Shown one piece after another: positions 29,601 through 43,720 of a DNA stretch of 64,000 nt (position 1 is the stretch's first letter; each line of letters begins with the position of its first letter). The notes under the pieces were generated by a model. It worked only from the letters and a program-made list of their open reading frames with translations. It was not told the origin of the DNA and made no database searches. The DNA lies in the NCBI GenBank assembly GCA_012295275.1, contig CM022673.1, positions 12,772,001 through 12,836,000 on the forward strand, in the 5' to 3' direction. Made by a program: the position numbers and the translations under genes. The DNA comes from Chrysomallon squamiferum. Its lineage: Eukaryota; Animalia; Mollusca.

Positions 29601-29980
29601 TGAGTGACTTTAGATTGATTTTGTGTATGAGAAATATGAATCACCATTTCTACAATAACAGAAACCTTTCAGTCCTCGTATTATGGAGAAGTAAAGTCAT
29701 AGCACTGATTTGGTGAAAACATAAAATGAAATGAATTTGTCTCTCAGTGACACTTGCCTGTGATTCTCTGTGACGATTGGAGATTATTTACAACAACAAA
29801 AAACATTTTTCATCTTACAAATGATTCCAGTAAAACATTTCCTGTTTGCAACACAAAATGTTTCATGTTACCAGCAGATCAGGTATATCAGATGATGTTA
29901 TTCTGTGCAAAAAACCCAGTTTTAGCTGTTAATAAATAATTTAATAAATAATCACATATATACACATTCATAAACATATA

Positions 29981-30043
<63 letters not shown>

Positions 30044-30597
30044 GAATGTATATTCACATACAAACACATATACACAGAAACATCCATGTACAAACACACA
30101 CCTACATACAAACATAAACACACATGTGCACACTGACACATTTAAGTAAGCAAACAAAGACACATCATTTTTAATACATTCACATACTCAAGTAGATACA
30201 TAAATTAATTAAAGAATATCCACAAGTGCACACATATATCATAAAACATACATAAAGACCATGCATATACTTAATACTAATAGTAATAATAATAATTTAT
30301 TATGATGGCGACTATTATGATAATAATAACAGTAACAATAATGAAAACAATATCATGATAATGTTAATATAATGATAACCATGATGAAGACAATTAAAAT
30401 GAACAACAACAATAAATAATAACAGTTAGGAATTTCAAAAATAAAATAAATAGAAGGCAAACTGCTAATAGATTATTACTACAAAGTCACTTCCTCAGAA
30501 AGAATTTTTAAAAACTGATAAAACAAAATTATTTAAAATAATAATAAAATGTTTTTGTTTTTGATATATATACTACATGTATATTTATTTGTTTTTA

Positions 30598-30653
<56 letters not shown>

Positions 30654-31665
30654 ATATTTATATTTATAAACACATACACTTACACACACAAACACGCAGA
30701 AATCTACACACATATGTGAATAATATAAAAGTTTAAAAACTAAAATATCCTAAAAACCATTTAGTGAAATAACCACAGAATAATAGCTGAATGAAAATCT
30801 GTTTTCTTGATTGTAAGAAAACACACATCAGCTTGACATTTCAAAAAGAAAAATGGAGAGAAAGAGAGTAAGAAATAATGGAATTAACAAAAGAAAAGAA
30901 AATCCATTTAAAATGTAAAAATAATCTTTTGGAAAAATAGAAAATTCAAAAAGATCTTTTAAATGTTTTTTCTTATAAATAAATTATAAAATTAGCTTTA
31001 AAAAATCATTTAAAATCTATTTATAAATAAATAAAATTTAATTTTAAAAAAGAAAACTATTCAAATATGAGCTAATCTATTTATAAAATTGGAGTAAATT
31101 AATTTTAAAAAATAAAAATGAAAATATATTTTAAAAAAGAAAAGAAAATGGATATAAAAATAAAATAAAAATGTTACAAACATGATGATAATAAATTAAT
31201 CTAAAAAAGTTCATATAAAACATAAAGTGAGAATTTATTTATTTTTTTGGATCAGTTTTTAAAGATAGTTTTTCTTTTTATATTTACATAATCAAATATA
31301 GTAACATTTTAAAACAAATTATAAATATTTACAAACAAAAATTAAAAAACATAAATCTAAGAATAAAAATAAATAAATTGAAATGACAAAAAATGTAAAT
31401 AATGCAACCTATATGAAAAACAAATAAAGACCCAATTTGGATTTAATGTCAGTAAATGTTTATCAAAGAAAAAAAAAATGTATGATGCTCAAAGCAAATA
31501 TTGATGAGAAGAATTTCTACAGAAAACAACACTGACTGATATTTATTTTTCAAGCTGATAATAAACATTTAAAAAAACAACAACCAAAAACCCACTGATA
31601 TGATGGCATATTATTATTATTATTATTATTATGATTGTTAATGTTGCTTTGTTATTATTGTTATC

Positions 31666-31699
<34 letters not shown>

Positions 31700-32730
31700 C
31701 TAATATTTTTCTATTTTATCATTGTTATTGTTATTATCATTATGATTACAGTTTATTATTAGTATCGTTTTTGTTATTGTTATTAGTGTTATTATTGCTA
31801 TCATTATCACTGTTATTATTATTATTATTTATACTTTGACAAATTGAAATTACAACATTTTGAGACAACATTTTCAGAAATCACCAGGTCATTATTTAGA
31901 GTAGAACTAGTAGGAGTAGAACATTTGGTAAGAGTAGGTCTATTCTGAAAGCAGAATATAATTGTAAACAGTAGAAGAACTGGTAGGAGTAGAACATATG
32001 GTTGAAGTAAAACATGTAAAAGAATGGAAGAGAATTGTAACATCCTAGAAACAAGCTCTTCTCCTTTATTTTATCATAATAACCAGAAATAATATACATT
32101 AAATGACTATTCATTATTACATACATCTGTTAATTTAAGATGCATAGAACAAAAATACATCTTTCAAGAAACCAAAATCGAAACATGAATGTTGCTGGCA
32201 TTTTTTATTTAACATAATTATAAGCACCAGACTGTCGATTCAGTAAGTGTGGACTAGAGGTTTCTCATTTTCCAGTTTTCTTGTTTAATAGACTCAGAAG
32301 ATAGAAGAAGCAATGAAAAGTAAACAGTGAAACGTATTAAACAGATACAAATTAAAAACTCTTCTAAACCAGGGTTTTCTGGAAGCCTGATAAGTGGTCT
32401 GGTATTTGAACTACTAGCACCAGCAAAAGAAAAGAAAAGGAAAATAAAAACAACCAAAACAATTTGAGAAAAGAAGAAGAAAATGTTTGAAAATTTGAAA
32501 AAAGAAAGAAGTTAAAATAAAAATAAAAATAATGAACTCAGACAAGTGTCTTTAACACAAGAAAAACAAATCTTCTAAAATCTTCTCTGTTTAAATTAAT
32601 CGTGTGACCTTTGATATACAGGAAGTGAAGAAAGAGTTACAGGAAGGGGAAATAATTTAATGATTCCACAGAGTCAGAGATCAGTCAGCAAGTCTCTTGT
32701 GTCTCCTCTGTCAGTTCATACAAGCAGGCT

Positions 32731-32872
32731 TAGAAACTTCTCAATGCATAATTAAACACCACCGTACACTGTCTGCAAACTTCTCTATGAACAATTAAAA
32801 AACCCACAGTAGACTGTCTATAAACTTCTCTATAAATAATTGAAACACTATAGTACACTGTCTAGAAACATC
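32731..32872 (+). repeat. ~44-bp tandem repeat x3
   Basis: AAACTTCTCTAT...AATTAAA...CAGTACACTGTCT is repeated. Confidence 0.8.
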
Positions 32873-35159
32873 TATAGTTAGTATAATTAAAGTACATATG
32901 TATGCAATATAAGACTTAATTTGTGGTATTAAGTAAAATTAGGAATTAGTAGTATTTTTTTTTTTTCTTTTTTTTTTTCGTATCATCATCTGATAGATTT
33001 AGTATCAGAACCTGTATGAATAATTCACTGTAATGTGTCTGATGTAAGGTTTATTTTATGAGTTTAATGTGTCACATGACATGAAGTTGTGAATTTAAAT
33101 GTTTCATTTTACTACTACACATAGAAACAACTGCCAGTGCTCTAATACTAATAAAAATGATGTAGTATATGTGTGTGGAGTAATTGTTACAGTTCAGTGG
33201 AGTGAATGGAATCAAATTAAACTCGAAGTAAGAAACTCGAAGTAAGAAAACATCAGAAATGTGATGAGGAAGGAAATTTAAAATAGTTTGCTTTGTGTCC
33301 AGAGGCCATTTTGTACAATAAGTGATGAAAGGAAATGAAGAACTGAAAAGTTTTTATTCGTCCAAACCAAAACCTGATACCACAACAGGGATAAATCAGC
33401 TGAAGAAAGACATTACATTTATTCAGACTTTTATTTACACAACTGTCAAATTGCCTATTTGGACTTTCACTTACTCTCGTGTTAAACCTAATTACAAATG
33501 AATTCAGGAACCACACTCACATAAACACTTTCAAAATCAAATTAACAGCATGTTACTGAAAAAGATACTATTAAACAAAACTAAAAGAAAGAAATTTCTG
33601 TTTTCATTAACAGTTACATCCATTTCTGTCTCAAATTCTGAATAAAGAAACCAATGAGGTTGAGTTATTTTTCAGGCACTAATTTAAGAAAATTGAAACA
33701 AGCTCAATGAAGCTGCTGTTTGCAAGAGTAATTTGACCTTGACATTTAGTATCTGGACTCCCTGGCTTTATTGTTATTCCACAACCATTAGAAGTCATTT
33801 AAAGTGTTGTGAACATAATCTGTCATCTCAGAGGTCCAGTATCAACTAAGATTCAGAGAAAAAAACAAAGATTATTACAGACAGACAGGTTAGGATAAAG
33901 AAAAAGAATCTATATAAAGTAAATAAAGTTCTTTGTGTGATGACATGTACACTGCCAAAAAATATAAGCACATAGCCGTACAGACATACATACAACAATG
34001 TACTCACATATATGTCTATAATTACAGACATATGTACATATAAATAGTCATATATAAACATATGAATAGTCATATATAAAAATATGAAGAATTTGGTTCC
34101 AAATCGCTATAAATCCATTTTCTTTGTTTTGAGACTAACAACTATTTCTGCTGTGGAGTTGATAATGTTATGTAATGAAGGTCTATAAAAAACTGTGTAG
34201 ATCAGTCATGGATATAGAACTTTGGGGAAAATGATTATTGATTGTTGAACAGCCATCAAATGCTGAACTTTCTGATTTTAATTTTGGCATTTATATCATT
34301 TTGGAATTAAAGTCTTCCATATGTTATTGTATAATATATATCCACATAAGCATACAAATGCATACACATACAGACAAATGTAAACACATACACATGTAAT
34401 ATATCTGTATACATCACAATACATTTACACATTTTGTTTGTTTGTTTAATGACACCCCAGCACAAAACAACTGACTACTGAGTGTCTTTCAAAGCAAATA
34501 CTGAAATTACACATGTTCATACACTAAGAATTATATATATGTATAAAATTACACACTCAAAACTGTAGTCTGTTTTCTCACCTAGACTTTACAAAATCTT
34601 CTTGTACATTTGTCACATAAGTTAAAAACTGAGACACAGGCCACCATTCTGAACATTTGTTTCTCAACATGTTAAGATTAATCCAATATTTAACCTAGCA
34701 GCCATTAACACAAAATGTAGCAGTATCTCATCATTTATATATTTATCGGTTAACTAAAAACTTTTACCAACAGACATGCAGTCGTATCAGTTCACATAAA
34801 CTTTTATTGTTATTTTTTTTTTATTATCATTATATATTTGTTTATTAACAGTACAGTCAGCTTTTTATTACCCTGAATGAACTGACCAGTGTCCATGGCT
34901 CTGTGGTCATTTATTTATTTATCTGTTTTATTGGTCTCTTTTGTCTTTTCTCAGTTCCATGACTTGTAAACTAGAAACTACATTTGTTATTAACTCTTAG
35001 CTGTCATAGTTTTGTTATTGTGTGTCACAATACAAAAACAGTCAAGGACGTGAACCCATTAAACTTAATATATTATTACTTTTATTGTAGTTTTAACAAC
35101 AACATCATTATCATTATAATATCAATAACATCATTATAATCACTGTTCTTACAACTATT

Positions 35160-35216
35160 TTTGTTGTTGTTGTTGTTGTTGTTCTTGTTCTTCTTCTTCT
35201 TCTTCTTCTTCTTCTT

Positions 35217-35313
<97 letters not shown>
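35160..35313. repeat. Compound trinucleotide microsatellite (TTG)n(TTC)n(TTA)n
   Basis: Directly visible. Confidence 0.95.
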
Positions 35314-35314
<1 letters not shown>

Positions 35315-35659
35315 TTTATTATCATTGCCATCATCATCAATACATCATTGTTGTTGTTGCTGCTGTTATCATCATTACTAGTGTTATTCTTTTTATTATA
35401 ATTATAAATGTTATGATCAATAATTATTATTATTACCATTATTGTTATTGTTATAATTATTAATATGCTATTGTTATTGTGTTTAGTATTAGTAGTAGTA
35501 TAGCTGTTATTATAATCATCATCATTATTAATATTTTTATTATTACTGTTGTGTCATTATTATCTTTAATGTTTTGTTCTTATTATCATCATCATCATCA
35601 TCATATCAATTGATTTTATCTCTATTTTTCCTAAATCTTTGATAGAACAAAAACAACAC

Positions 35660-35975
35660 TGTGATCCAAACCATCACAGTACATCATGGTACATCAAGAT
35701 ACTTCATGGTACATCAAGATACTTCAAGATACATCACGATACATCAGTCTTATGATCCACCAAACAATGACACTGAAATCCACCAAAATCCACCAATATT
35801 ACAATCCACCAAGTCATCCACATCATGACCCACCATACCACATAGATATATATAAATCATCCGGATGTATCATGGTACATCAAGATACTTGAATATACAT
35901 CAGTTTCAGTATCCACCAAACTTCAACACTGTTATAGAGGATTGAGCCACCCACCTCATGACCCCCCCATACCAC
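35660..35975 (+). repeat. CATGGTACATCAAGATACTT repeats inside a ~185-bp local duplication
   Basis: The unit occurs at 35685, 35705 and 35871, and the downstream ATCCACCAAAC...CATGACCC..CCATACCAC is also duplicated. Confidence 0.75.
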
Positions 35976-36794
35976 ACCAATCACAAGCTCTATCAAAACA
36001 GGCTAATTCATCATAGGATTTGATTGAAGCAGAGAAAAACAACAATAAAAAAAACACTAGTGCAAAATCCTTGATAACTGAAAGCTTCAAAACAGACTCA
36101 CATAACATGACTGTGTGCGGTAAAAAAAAATAACTGAGTTAATTTAGTTCATGTTTCATTTCATTTGATTACTGAACTCTGTTTAATCCTTGCCTTTCTG
36201 TACTGGAAAATTAATTTTCACTGCCGCTCAGTGTTACACATGCAATCAGCAAGATGTTTCTTATTTTATTTATTTATTTATTTATTAATTTGTTTATCAA
36301 TTTTTTTTTTTTTTTTTTTTTTTATTAAATAAAAAATAATAATAAACAAACCTAACTAACTAAATAAATAATTTTATTTTTTTTTTATTTATTTATTTAT
36401 TTTATTTTTTTTTTTTTCAAGATTCATATGTATCAAGTATGAAATATGTATATGTACATAGACAGTTATAAGCACTTAAAGACACAGAAAATTAGAGAGA
36501 AAGATACACAGAGATATGTTACTTCAGGTAGGGTAGTGGTTAGATTAGTTGATTTTATTATCATCATCATCATCATCATCATCATCACAATTATTATCAC
36601 CATTATCACAGATATTATTTAATTATCAAATTCATCATCATTATCATTATTGTTATTGTAACTTAATATTATATTTATTATTATTACTATAATTGATGTT
36701 GTTATTATTATTATTATTATTATTGTAATTACAATATGTTACGTGTTACTATTGCTGTTGCTGTCATCATCATCATCATCATCATCTTTATTAC

Positions 36795-36870
<76 letters not shown>

Positions 36871-37529
36871 GAATTTACCACACATTTCCAAAAATATATA
36901 TATATATTCTATAATGTTTGGCAAACTGGTTAGGTTAACATTTGTAAAAAAAAACACAGCAAAAAAACCATCAGTAAATATGGCTGCCAGTAACATTAAT
37001 CAAGTCACTGCAGTCAGTCATTGTCACCATAGTTGTTGTTGTTGTCACCAGATACAGCCAGCTTTCTCTTTCTCATTATACATCACATCCATCTGTCTTT
37101 GTTCTGTCACCTGAGCTGCACGGCTGGATTGTTCCTGGTTAATTCAGTTTTAATGCACACTGGAGACTGGTTTGCAGCTCAAAGACTTGTTAATGTTTGT
37201 ACCAAACAGAACAACTTGTACTGTCAGCAGTTTCAAATTTGAATTAATTATTAGCTGAATCAAGGAATGAAAGAAAGAATGTCTATAGATTAACAAAGAA
37301 TGAATGTGTTCATTTAGTGTATGAAATTGCTGTAATCAAATCAAAAAGATGTTTAACATCAAGGTTTATTAAATGTCGAATACGTGAATTTATGATAATA
37401 TAAGAAATAAAATCTATTTCAATTTTTTTCATGGTATTTTTATCAATTAGTTATGGTATTGTAATACTTAAATGGTCTTTTCAAAATAGACAAGAAAGCA
37501 CATACAATATCTTTCTGATAAGCAAAACA

Positions 37530-37782
37530 TGAGTCACTGGCTGGATTGGGAAAAAACCTGATGGGTTCATTAAAAAGAACTGATCTTAGGATCCATCATA
37601 TTTGAAGCAAGCATTCTAACCACTGTGTCTGAGCCTGCACCTTTAAAATCACAGCCAAGGCATCACATACCATGATAATCAGAAATGAGTCTTTGGTGGA
37701 TTGGGAATTAACATCTGAAAGGATATCAACATGAACTGATCTTCTGACCTATTATTTTTCAAGCAAGCACTCTAACCACTGA
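37530..37782 (-). mobile_element. Two tandem SINE-like head fragments
   Basis: Both read GGATTGGGAA...GAACTGATCTT...AAGCAAGCA(T/C)TCTAACCACTG. Confidence 0.5.
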
Positions 37783-38640
37783 CTTCCATCTGTTACCTGA
37801 GTGTCTTTAATGAAAATAGGTCATGCAGGTCGCCAAACTGACCTTAATTATATTGTCTTTAATAATTTAAAAGGCAGCTGTGAATTTAATTACAAAATCT
37901 TACACTAGAACCTTTTAATATGTCAAACTGCTGACCTGAAAATATTCTCACAAAATGTTAACCCAGTTAATTTACACACAGCCCTCTAGCTATGAATTAT
38001 GTCTTAGAACGGATAATTTTACTTACTGACCAGCCCAGCAAATCTATTAGCCCATTTAATTACACTGAAATAGCCCTGCGGCTGTTATATTTCATTTATA
38101 TTATAATGGAATTGTGCTAGAATATATATGTGTGTATATATATATATATATATAGTGCATGTATAATATACGCTTAATTTTAAATATATGAATTTTTTTT
38201 CTTTTCTTATATTGATGTTTAGTATTGTGTTATAGCAAGTAGCAGAAGAAAAAATATGTTAACATTATTATCATGTAACCAAAGTGATAAAATCTGAAGG
38301 AATTTTTTTTTTTTTTTGAGACCAATCTTTACTAAAAATAAAGTATGACTGCACTATAATAAATCTATAATTCAGTTACCTTTTTTGTTTGTTTTGGGGT
38401 GTAACTAAAATTTAATTAGTAAATCATTTGAACTGGTGGAATTAATCATTATAAAGATAAAATTTAGTTTTGACACTGGAGTATATTGAATAAAACATAC
38501 ATACTTTGTATTATAGGACGTGTATACAAGATGTCAGACGTACAGCTTACAGAAAAAATGTGTTGAAAGGAAGGGGGATACCATACACTTTTGTAAATCA
38601 GTTCAGCTGGAGAGAAAAAGAAATGGAGACAGAAAGAGAG

Positions 38641-38755
<115 letters not shown>

Positions 38756-39447
38756 CTGGAATGAGAAATAGACTAAAACTCTGAGTAACACTGATCACAG
38801 ATCAATCAATAAATGGAAGAAAAAGATCATTACAAACAGATTATCACCAGCAGTAACTCATCCAGCACGAACTCCAATCTTCTATAACTGTGTTAGCAGC
38901 TTATCATCAACTTCTGGCAAATTTCAGCATCAAATTAATGAAAATCCCCAAACACAACAGAGTTTGCATGTCGCAGTAATTGACTTCAGCTAACTGAACA
39001 AACAGCAAATCAAAATCTAAATCCATGCAGTAACTCTGATAGGTCACAACTGTTACAGGTTGATTAATGATGTTATCAAACTGCCCCCACCCTGGTGTAT
39101 GGAGCAGAGATCTGTCCAGTTAACTAAACAGTCCCTAAAAAAGCTGTTTTGTTCCCGTTCTAACCTATCTCTGTATAATGTGGTCTGTAGATGAATGGGT
39201 CCACTCTGTGGTAGATTAAACTTGGCGACGTACATTAATGTTATCATATTGTAATTGTCTGAAACATCCTCAAGGGCATTTAGAAGAGTATTTCAATAAT
39301 ATTAATGCTTCATTCAAGATGGCTGTGTTGTTTAATGGAATCATTTTGTAAAGATTATATCAGCTGTTGGCTTGGGATTTTGTTTTCAGATGATGCTTTG
39401 ATTTATAAATTAATTTTAAAATTAAAGTACAAAATAAATGAGTTTTC

Positions 39448-39516
<69 letters not shown>

Positions 39517-40119
39517 AAGAAAAAGACAGAGACCAAGAAAGAGAGAGAAAGACTGAGAGACACAAAAGAGAGAGAGACAGAAAGAGAAAGTAAGAAAGAC
39601 AGAGAAAGAGAGATAAAGACAGAGAGATACACATAAAAAGAGTGTTCTGTATTTGGGTAAACATATGAAAGAGTAAAAGACTGCAAATCAGTGAATGAAC
39701 ATAAATTTTCTGACAATGTTAGATCTAAATTACTAATTTTTATATTTACTGGTCGGTAACAGTAAGTAAAACTGAACTACAAGTGCATATCAAAATTCTT
39801 TGGTTGTCTAATTATGTAATTAATTAAGGTAAATACTGTAAATTACAAATAAATAACTTTCACGTGTGTCTACCATATTACCTTTTTATTGATGTAATTT
39901 TTAATGTAAAAATAGAAATCAATTTGAGATTAGAATGTTAACTAGATTAGAAAAGTAACTGAAGTATTCAGTCTGAATATAAACTAATTACACAGAATGA
40001 GTGTGATAGAAAGAGGAATAGAGATACAGAGAAAGTGAGAATGACGGGATGACAGTCCAAAACATAATGAGATAGAGAGATGAAAATTTTAAGTCTACAA
40101 GTTATTGATTTATTCTGCC

Positions 40120-40310
40120 AGTAAGTCAATTCAGTAAATCACTGACTTCACAAGTAGGTCAATTAATTTAGTCACTGATTTCATTACAAAAAAGTCAAAT
40201 TTATTTAGTCACTGTCTTAATGAGTTAGTCAATTTGTTTAGTCACAATTTGAGTTAGTCAATTTATTTAGTCATTTATTAAATTAGCGAGAAAGTCAATT
40301 ACTCATTCAC
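40120..40310 (+). repeat. Degenerate ~30-bp tandem repeat (AGTCAATTTATTTAGTCACT)
   Basis: About 6 visible copies. Confidence 0.75.
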
Positions 40311-40750
40311 TGAGTGAATCGAGGATCTGATACACTAACAGAACAAAACTGACAGTTAACCCTTTGACTCTCCTGTGTCATCAGTGTGTTGCATTACTGA
40401 CAGACATTATCATAATGTATGCACCGGTCCTGGCTGCGAAAGGGTTAAAACTGAAACCAGATCACAAATGCCTCTGAGAAGTTTCATTCTGCCTGGATGA
40501 TCCAGTCTACGTGAAACGAGGCAGAATGCTACGAGTGTCGTCTGTCGGACACATAACTCATGGAAGGATGGACAGACTATTAGTCTTACGACGTGGGCTG
40601 ATTTGTGAAGAACTAATTACAGTTTGACACTGTGTTTCTGATTTATCCTGAAAGGGCAAAGTGCTCGGATCAACACGTGAGAGTGGAAAGAACATTCTTA
40701 CAGACAAAGTGTGCAAGTTTCAAAAGCATGGATAAACAGGCGAATGAATC
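40280..40750. promoter_or_regulatory. CpG-retaining unique-sequence patch (candidate enhancer or promoter)
   Basis: Dense CG cluster (CTACGTGAAACGAGG, CTACGAGTGTCGTCTGTCGGAC, CTTACGACGTGG) and higher GC than the flanks. Confidence 0.4.
40356..40448. mobile_element. Possible TTAA-type (piggyBac-like) miniature element
   Basis: TTAA-CCCTTT ... AAAGGG-TTAA, with 85 bp between the two TTAAs. Confidence 0.35.
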
Positions 40751-40817
40751 TGTTAATGGATGAATCAGTTTGAGAAGAAAGCATGAATGAATAAATGATA
40801 AGACCAGACTTTTATTT

Positions 40818-40859
<42 letters not shown>

Positions 40860-41219
40860 AAATAATTCCTAACATTAATAAATATATAAATAATAATTAC
40901 CAAAATTAATAAATATATAAATAATAATTACCAAAAAATGAATCTTCTATAACTACATTCACGTGGTCAGGAACATACTAATCACAGATTTCAGTTTAAT
41001 GTACTCTTTATTGATCAGATGTGGTTCAAACAGGAAATATTAAAGTAACACAAAATAGTGCAACAGTTTTGAAAAATAACTCCTATAATTAAGAACAAAG
41101 AAAAAATAACAGAACAATACAATTAAAACTTAAAATGCAATATAATTTTCAGTCCATGTTTAATAACAACCATTTATTTTCTTCTTTTTTTTTAATTATA
41201 TTGTTTATAAAATTTAAAG

Positions 41220-41254
<35 letters not shown>

Positions 41255-41474
41255 GTTGTTTTGTTCATTTAATTGATAAAACAAACCAGGAAATGAAAAA
41301 ACCCCAGAGAGATTTATAATGTGGAATGTAGGATGTGCTTAAATTTAAATATAATCCACCTGTGACTGAAACAGCCCATCCAAATAAAACAAACAGGAAA
41401 CTAGTTCTTAGCTTTTTTTCTGTTTTCTTTCTCTCTTTCTCTTTATTTTCCCTCTTTCTCTATTTCACTCTTTC

Positions 41475-41590
<116 letters not shown>

Positions 41591-41673
41591 AATTCATCCA
41601 CTTCTTTTTCCATTGTCTTTATGAGCCCTCCATTAAGTGATAACTGGAGAAGTTTATAGTTGAAACTAAATGA

Positions 41674-41760
41674 ACTTACCTCTGTTCACTCAAAAATTAA
41701 TAATGTAACAGCAGTACTTACCTGAAAAATAAAAAGATAATTGTGAATAAATAATTAAGA
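41674..41760 (-). other. Recursive splice site (ratchet point) 1 with 42-nt cryptic exon 41721-41680
   Basis: Minus strand reads TTATCTTTTTATTTTTCAG|GTAAGTACTGCTGTTACATTATTAATTTTTGAGTGAACAGAG|GTAAGT. The acceptor is fused directly to a consensus donor, a second consensus donor follows 42 nt later, and a CTTAAT branch-point candidate lies near 41755. Confidence 0.7.
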
Positions 41761-42179
41761 TTTTGGTGAAAGACAATTTACAGTTACAAGTAACAGGAGA
41801 TATAAATGTTGTTTTTGATGGATACATGATGAATATGTGAAGACAGCTCAGTGTATTTTAGTGTTAAAGGATTTAGGTGTCAGACATATTTGAATGTAAT
41901 GGTGAGAAGACGTCTGCTTCTATCACTCTGCTGAGACTTCACTTCTCACTGGAATTAAATCATATATGTATGTGTTTATGTGTTAGTATATGTGTGTCTG
42001 TATGTGCATGTATATGTGTCTGTCTGTGTGTGTGTGTGAATAAATCTTTCATTCTGATCTCCCTGCAGACTCACTTTCTCTATCTCTATATATTCGTCCA
42101 TCAATTTATCTCTCTATCTATTTATATATTTGTCTGTCTCTCTCTATATATATCTCTATATATATATATGAAACATTAG

Positions 42180-42660
42180 TATTTCTAACAGACACCAATA
42201 TGTATGTCAAACACCAGTTTCTCTATCAAAAACCAACATCTCTACCAAACACCAGTGAATCTATTAAATACTAGTGTCTCTATCAAAAAACCCAATATGT
42301 ATGTCAAATACCAGTGTATCTATGAAATACCAGTGTCTTTAGCAAATATCAGAGTCTATTAAACACCAATGTCTCTATCAAACACCAGTGAATCTATTAA
42401 ATACTACTGTCTCTATCAAAAAACCCAATATGTATGTCAAACGCCAGTGTATCTATGAAATACCAGTGTCTTTAGCAAATACCAGTCTATTAAACACCAG
42501 TGTCTCTATCAAACACCAGATCTGTATCAAACACCAATCTTTCTGTTAAACACCAGTGTCTCTATTACAAAAGCAAAATCTCTAACAAAACACCAGTGTC
42601 TCTAACAAACACCATTATCTCTAACAGACACCATTATCTCTAAAAGACACCAGTATCTCT
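42180..42660 (+). repeat. 19-20-bp minisatellite (AAACACCAGTGTCTCTATC)n with a higher-order ~133-bp duplication
   Basis: 42247-42370 is nearly identical to 42380-42500. Confidence 0.9.
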
Positions 42661-43444
42661 TACTGAAGCAAACAGGACATGATTTCCCATTCTCTAAAAG
42701 ACGTCATCAATTATTTGGTATGTCTGGTGTACTAATCAGTTGGTGAACAGACGACAGTGTCGTGTAAAAGCAATAAAGCTCTCATTGCAGCATGGGATAT
42801 TTATGTCTTACACACCACACATTAACATGATTGATGTGCAGGGAAGGAAAATCTGAAGCATCCAATTATAACTGGCTGAAAAATGAATGGTCACTAATAA
42901 AACTTGTATTAATCTCTGCCATGGTTGCTGAAATGAAATACTTCTTTTACTAATCTAAAGCGTTTGGGATGTTTTGCTTTTTGATTTGGGAAGGTTGTAA
43001 TGAACTGTTTATTTGGAAGAACATTGTTTTACCATTTTCGTGGGACCAAATTTATTCTGTTTGAGACTTAATGAGTTCAGGATACTTTATGTTTGATTAT
43101 GGGATTGACAGAGTGTTGATGAATGTTTTATTGAGAGAAACACTTTGATATTTTTGTGGAAGTGATGGTGTTCATTTGCTAATTTAATAAGTTCAAGAAG
43201 CCAATTTTGCTATTTGGATTAGGAAACTTTTAATGAATACTAAATGAGTTCATCAAGTATCTAAACTTTTTAATTTGACCTCAGTTTGGAAGGGTTTAAA
43301 TTTACTAATCAGGGAAACAGGATGAGATGCATGTATGTTTAATGATGCACAATCTAGATTCCTTTTGATTGGTCAATTATTTGAATGTTATTTGAACTAC
43401 TGATGGTTCAAAGATATCTTGCCAAAAAGCTTTAAACTTTTGTT

Positions 43445-43720
43445 TTAAAGTTATTATGAGTTATCTTTCTGAAAATAGCTATGAGTTATCTCCCCATATA
43501 TTTCTGAGTTATCTCCCTTACTAGCTCTGGATTGCCTAAACAGTATACCTATGAATTATCTCGTAAAATAGGCTTGCGTTATCTACCCATTCAGCTTTGA
43601 GTTGTCTCCTCTTGTAGCTGTGAGTGGACTATTTATTGTTTCCTAAATAGCTTGGAACTATCTCCAAAAATTCGGTTCATTTGTCATTCCTTACAGTTTT
43701 GAATTATCTTCCCCTAAAAA
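43445..43720 (+). repeat. Degenerate GAGTTATCTCCC-core tandem array
   Basis: The core recurs about every 23-27 bp. The same core appears at 16705-16760 and 23400-23560. Confidence 0.65.

Noticed and set aside
40485-40540. Hammerhead ribozyme or SECIS (ATGA...GAAA) interpretation
   Set aside because: It lacks the CTGANGA hammerhead core and the SECIS helix-II/GA quartet pairing. Kept only as a generic hairpin.
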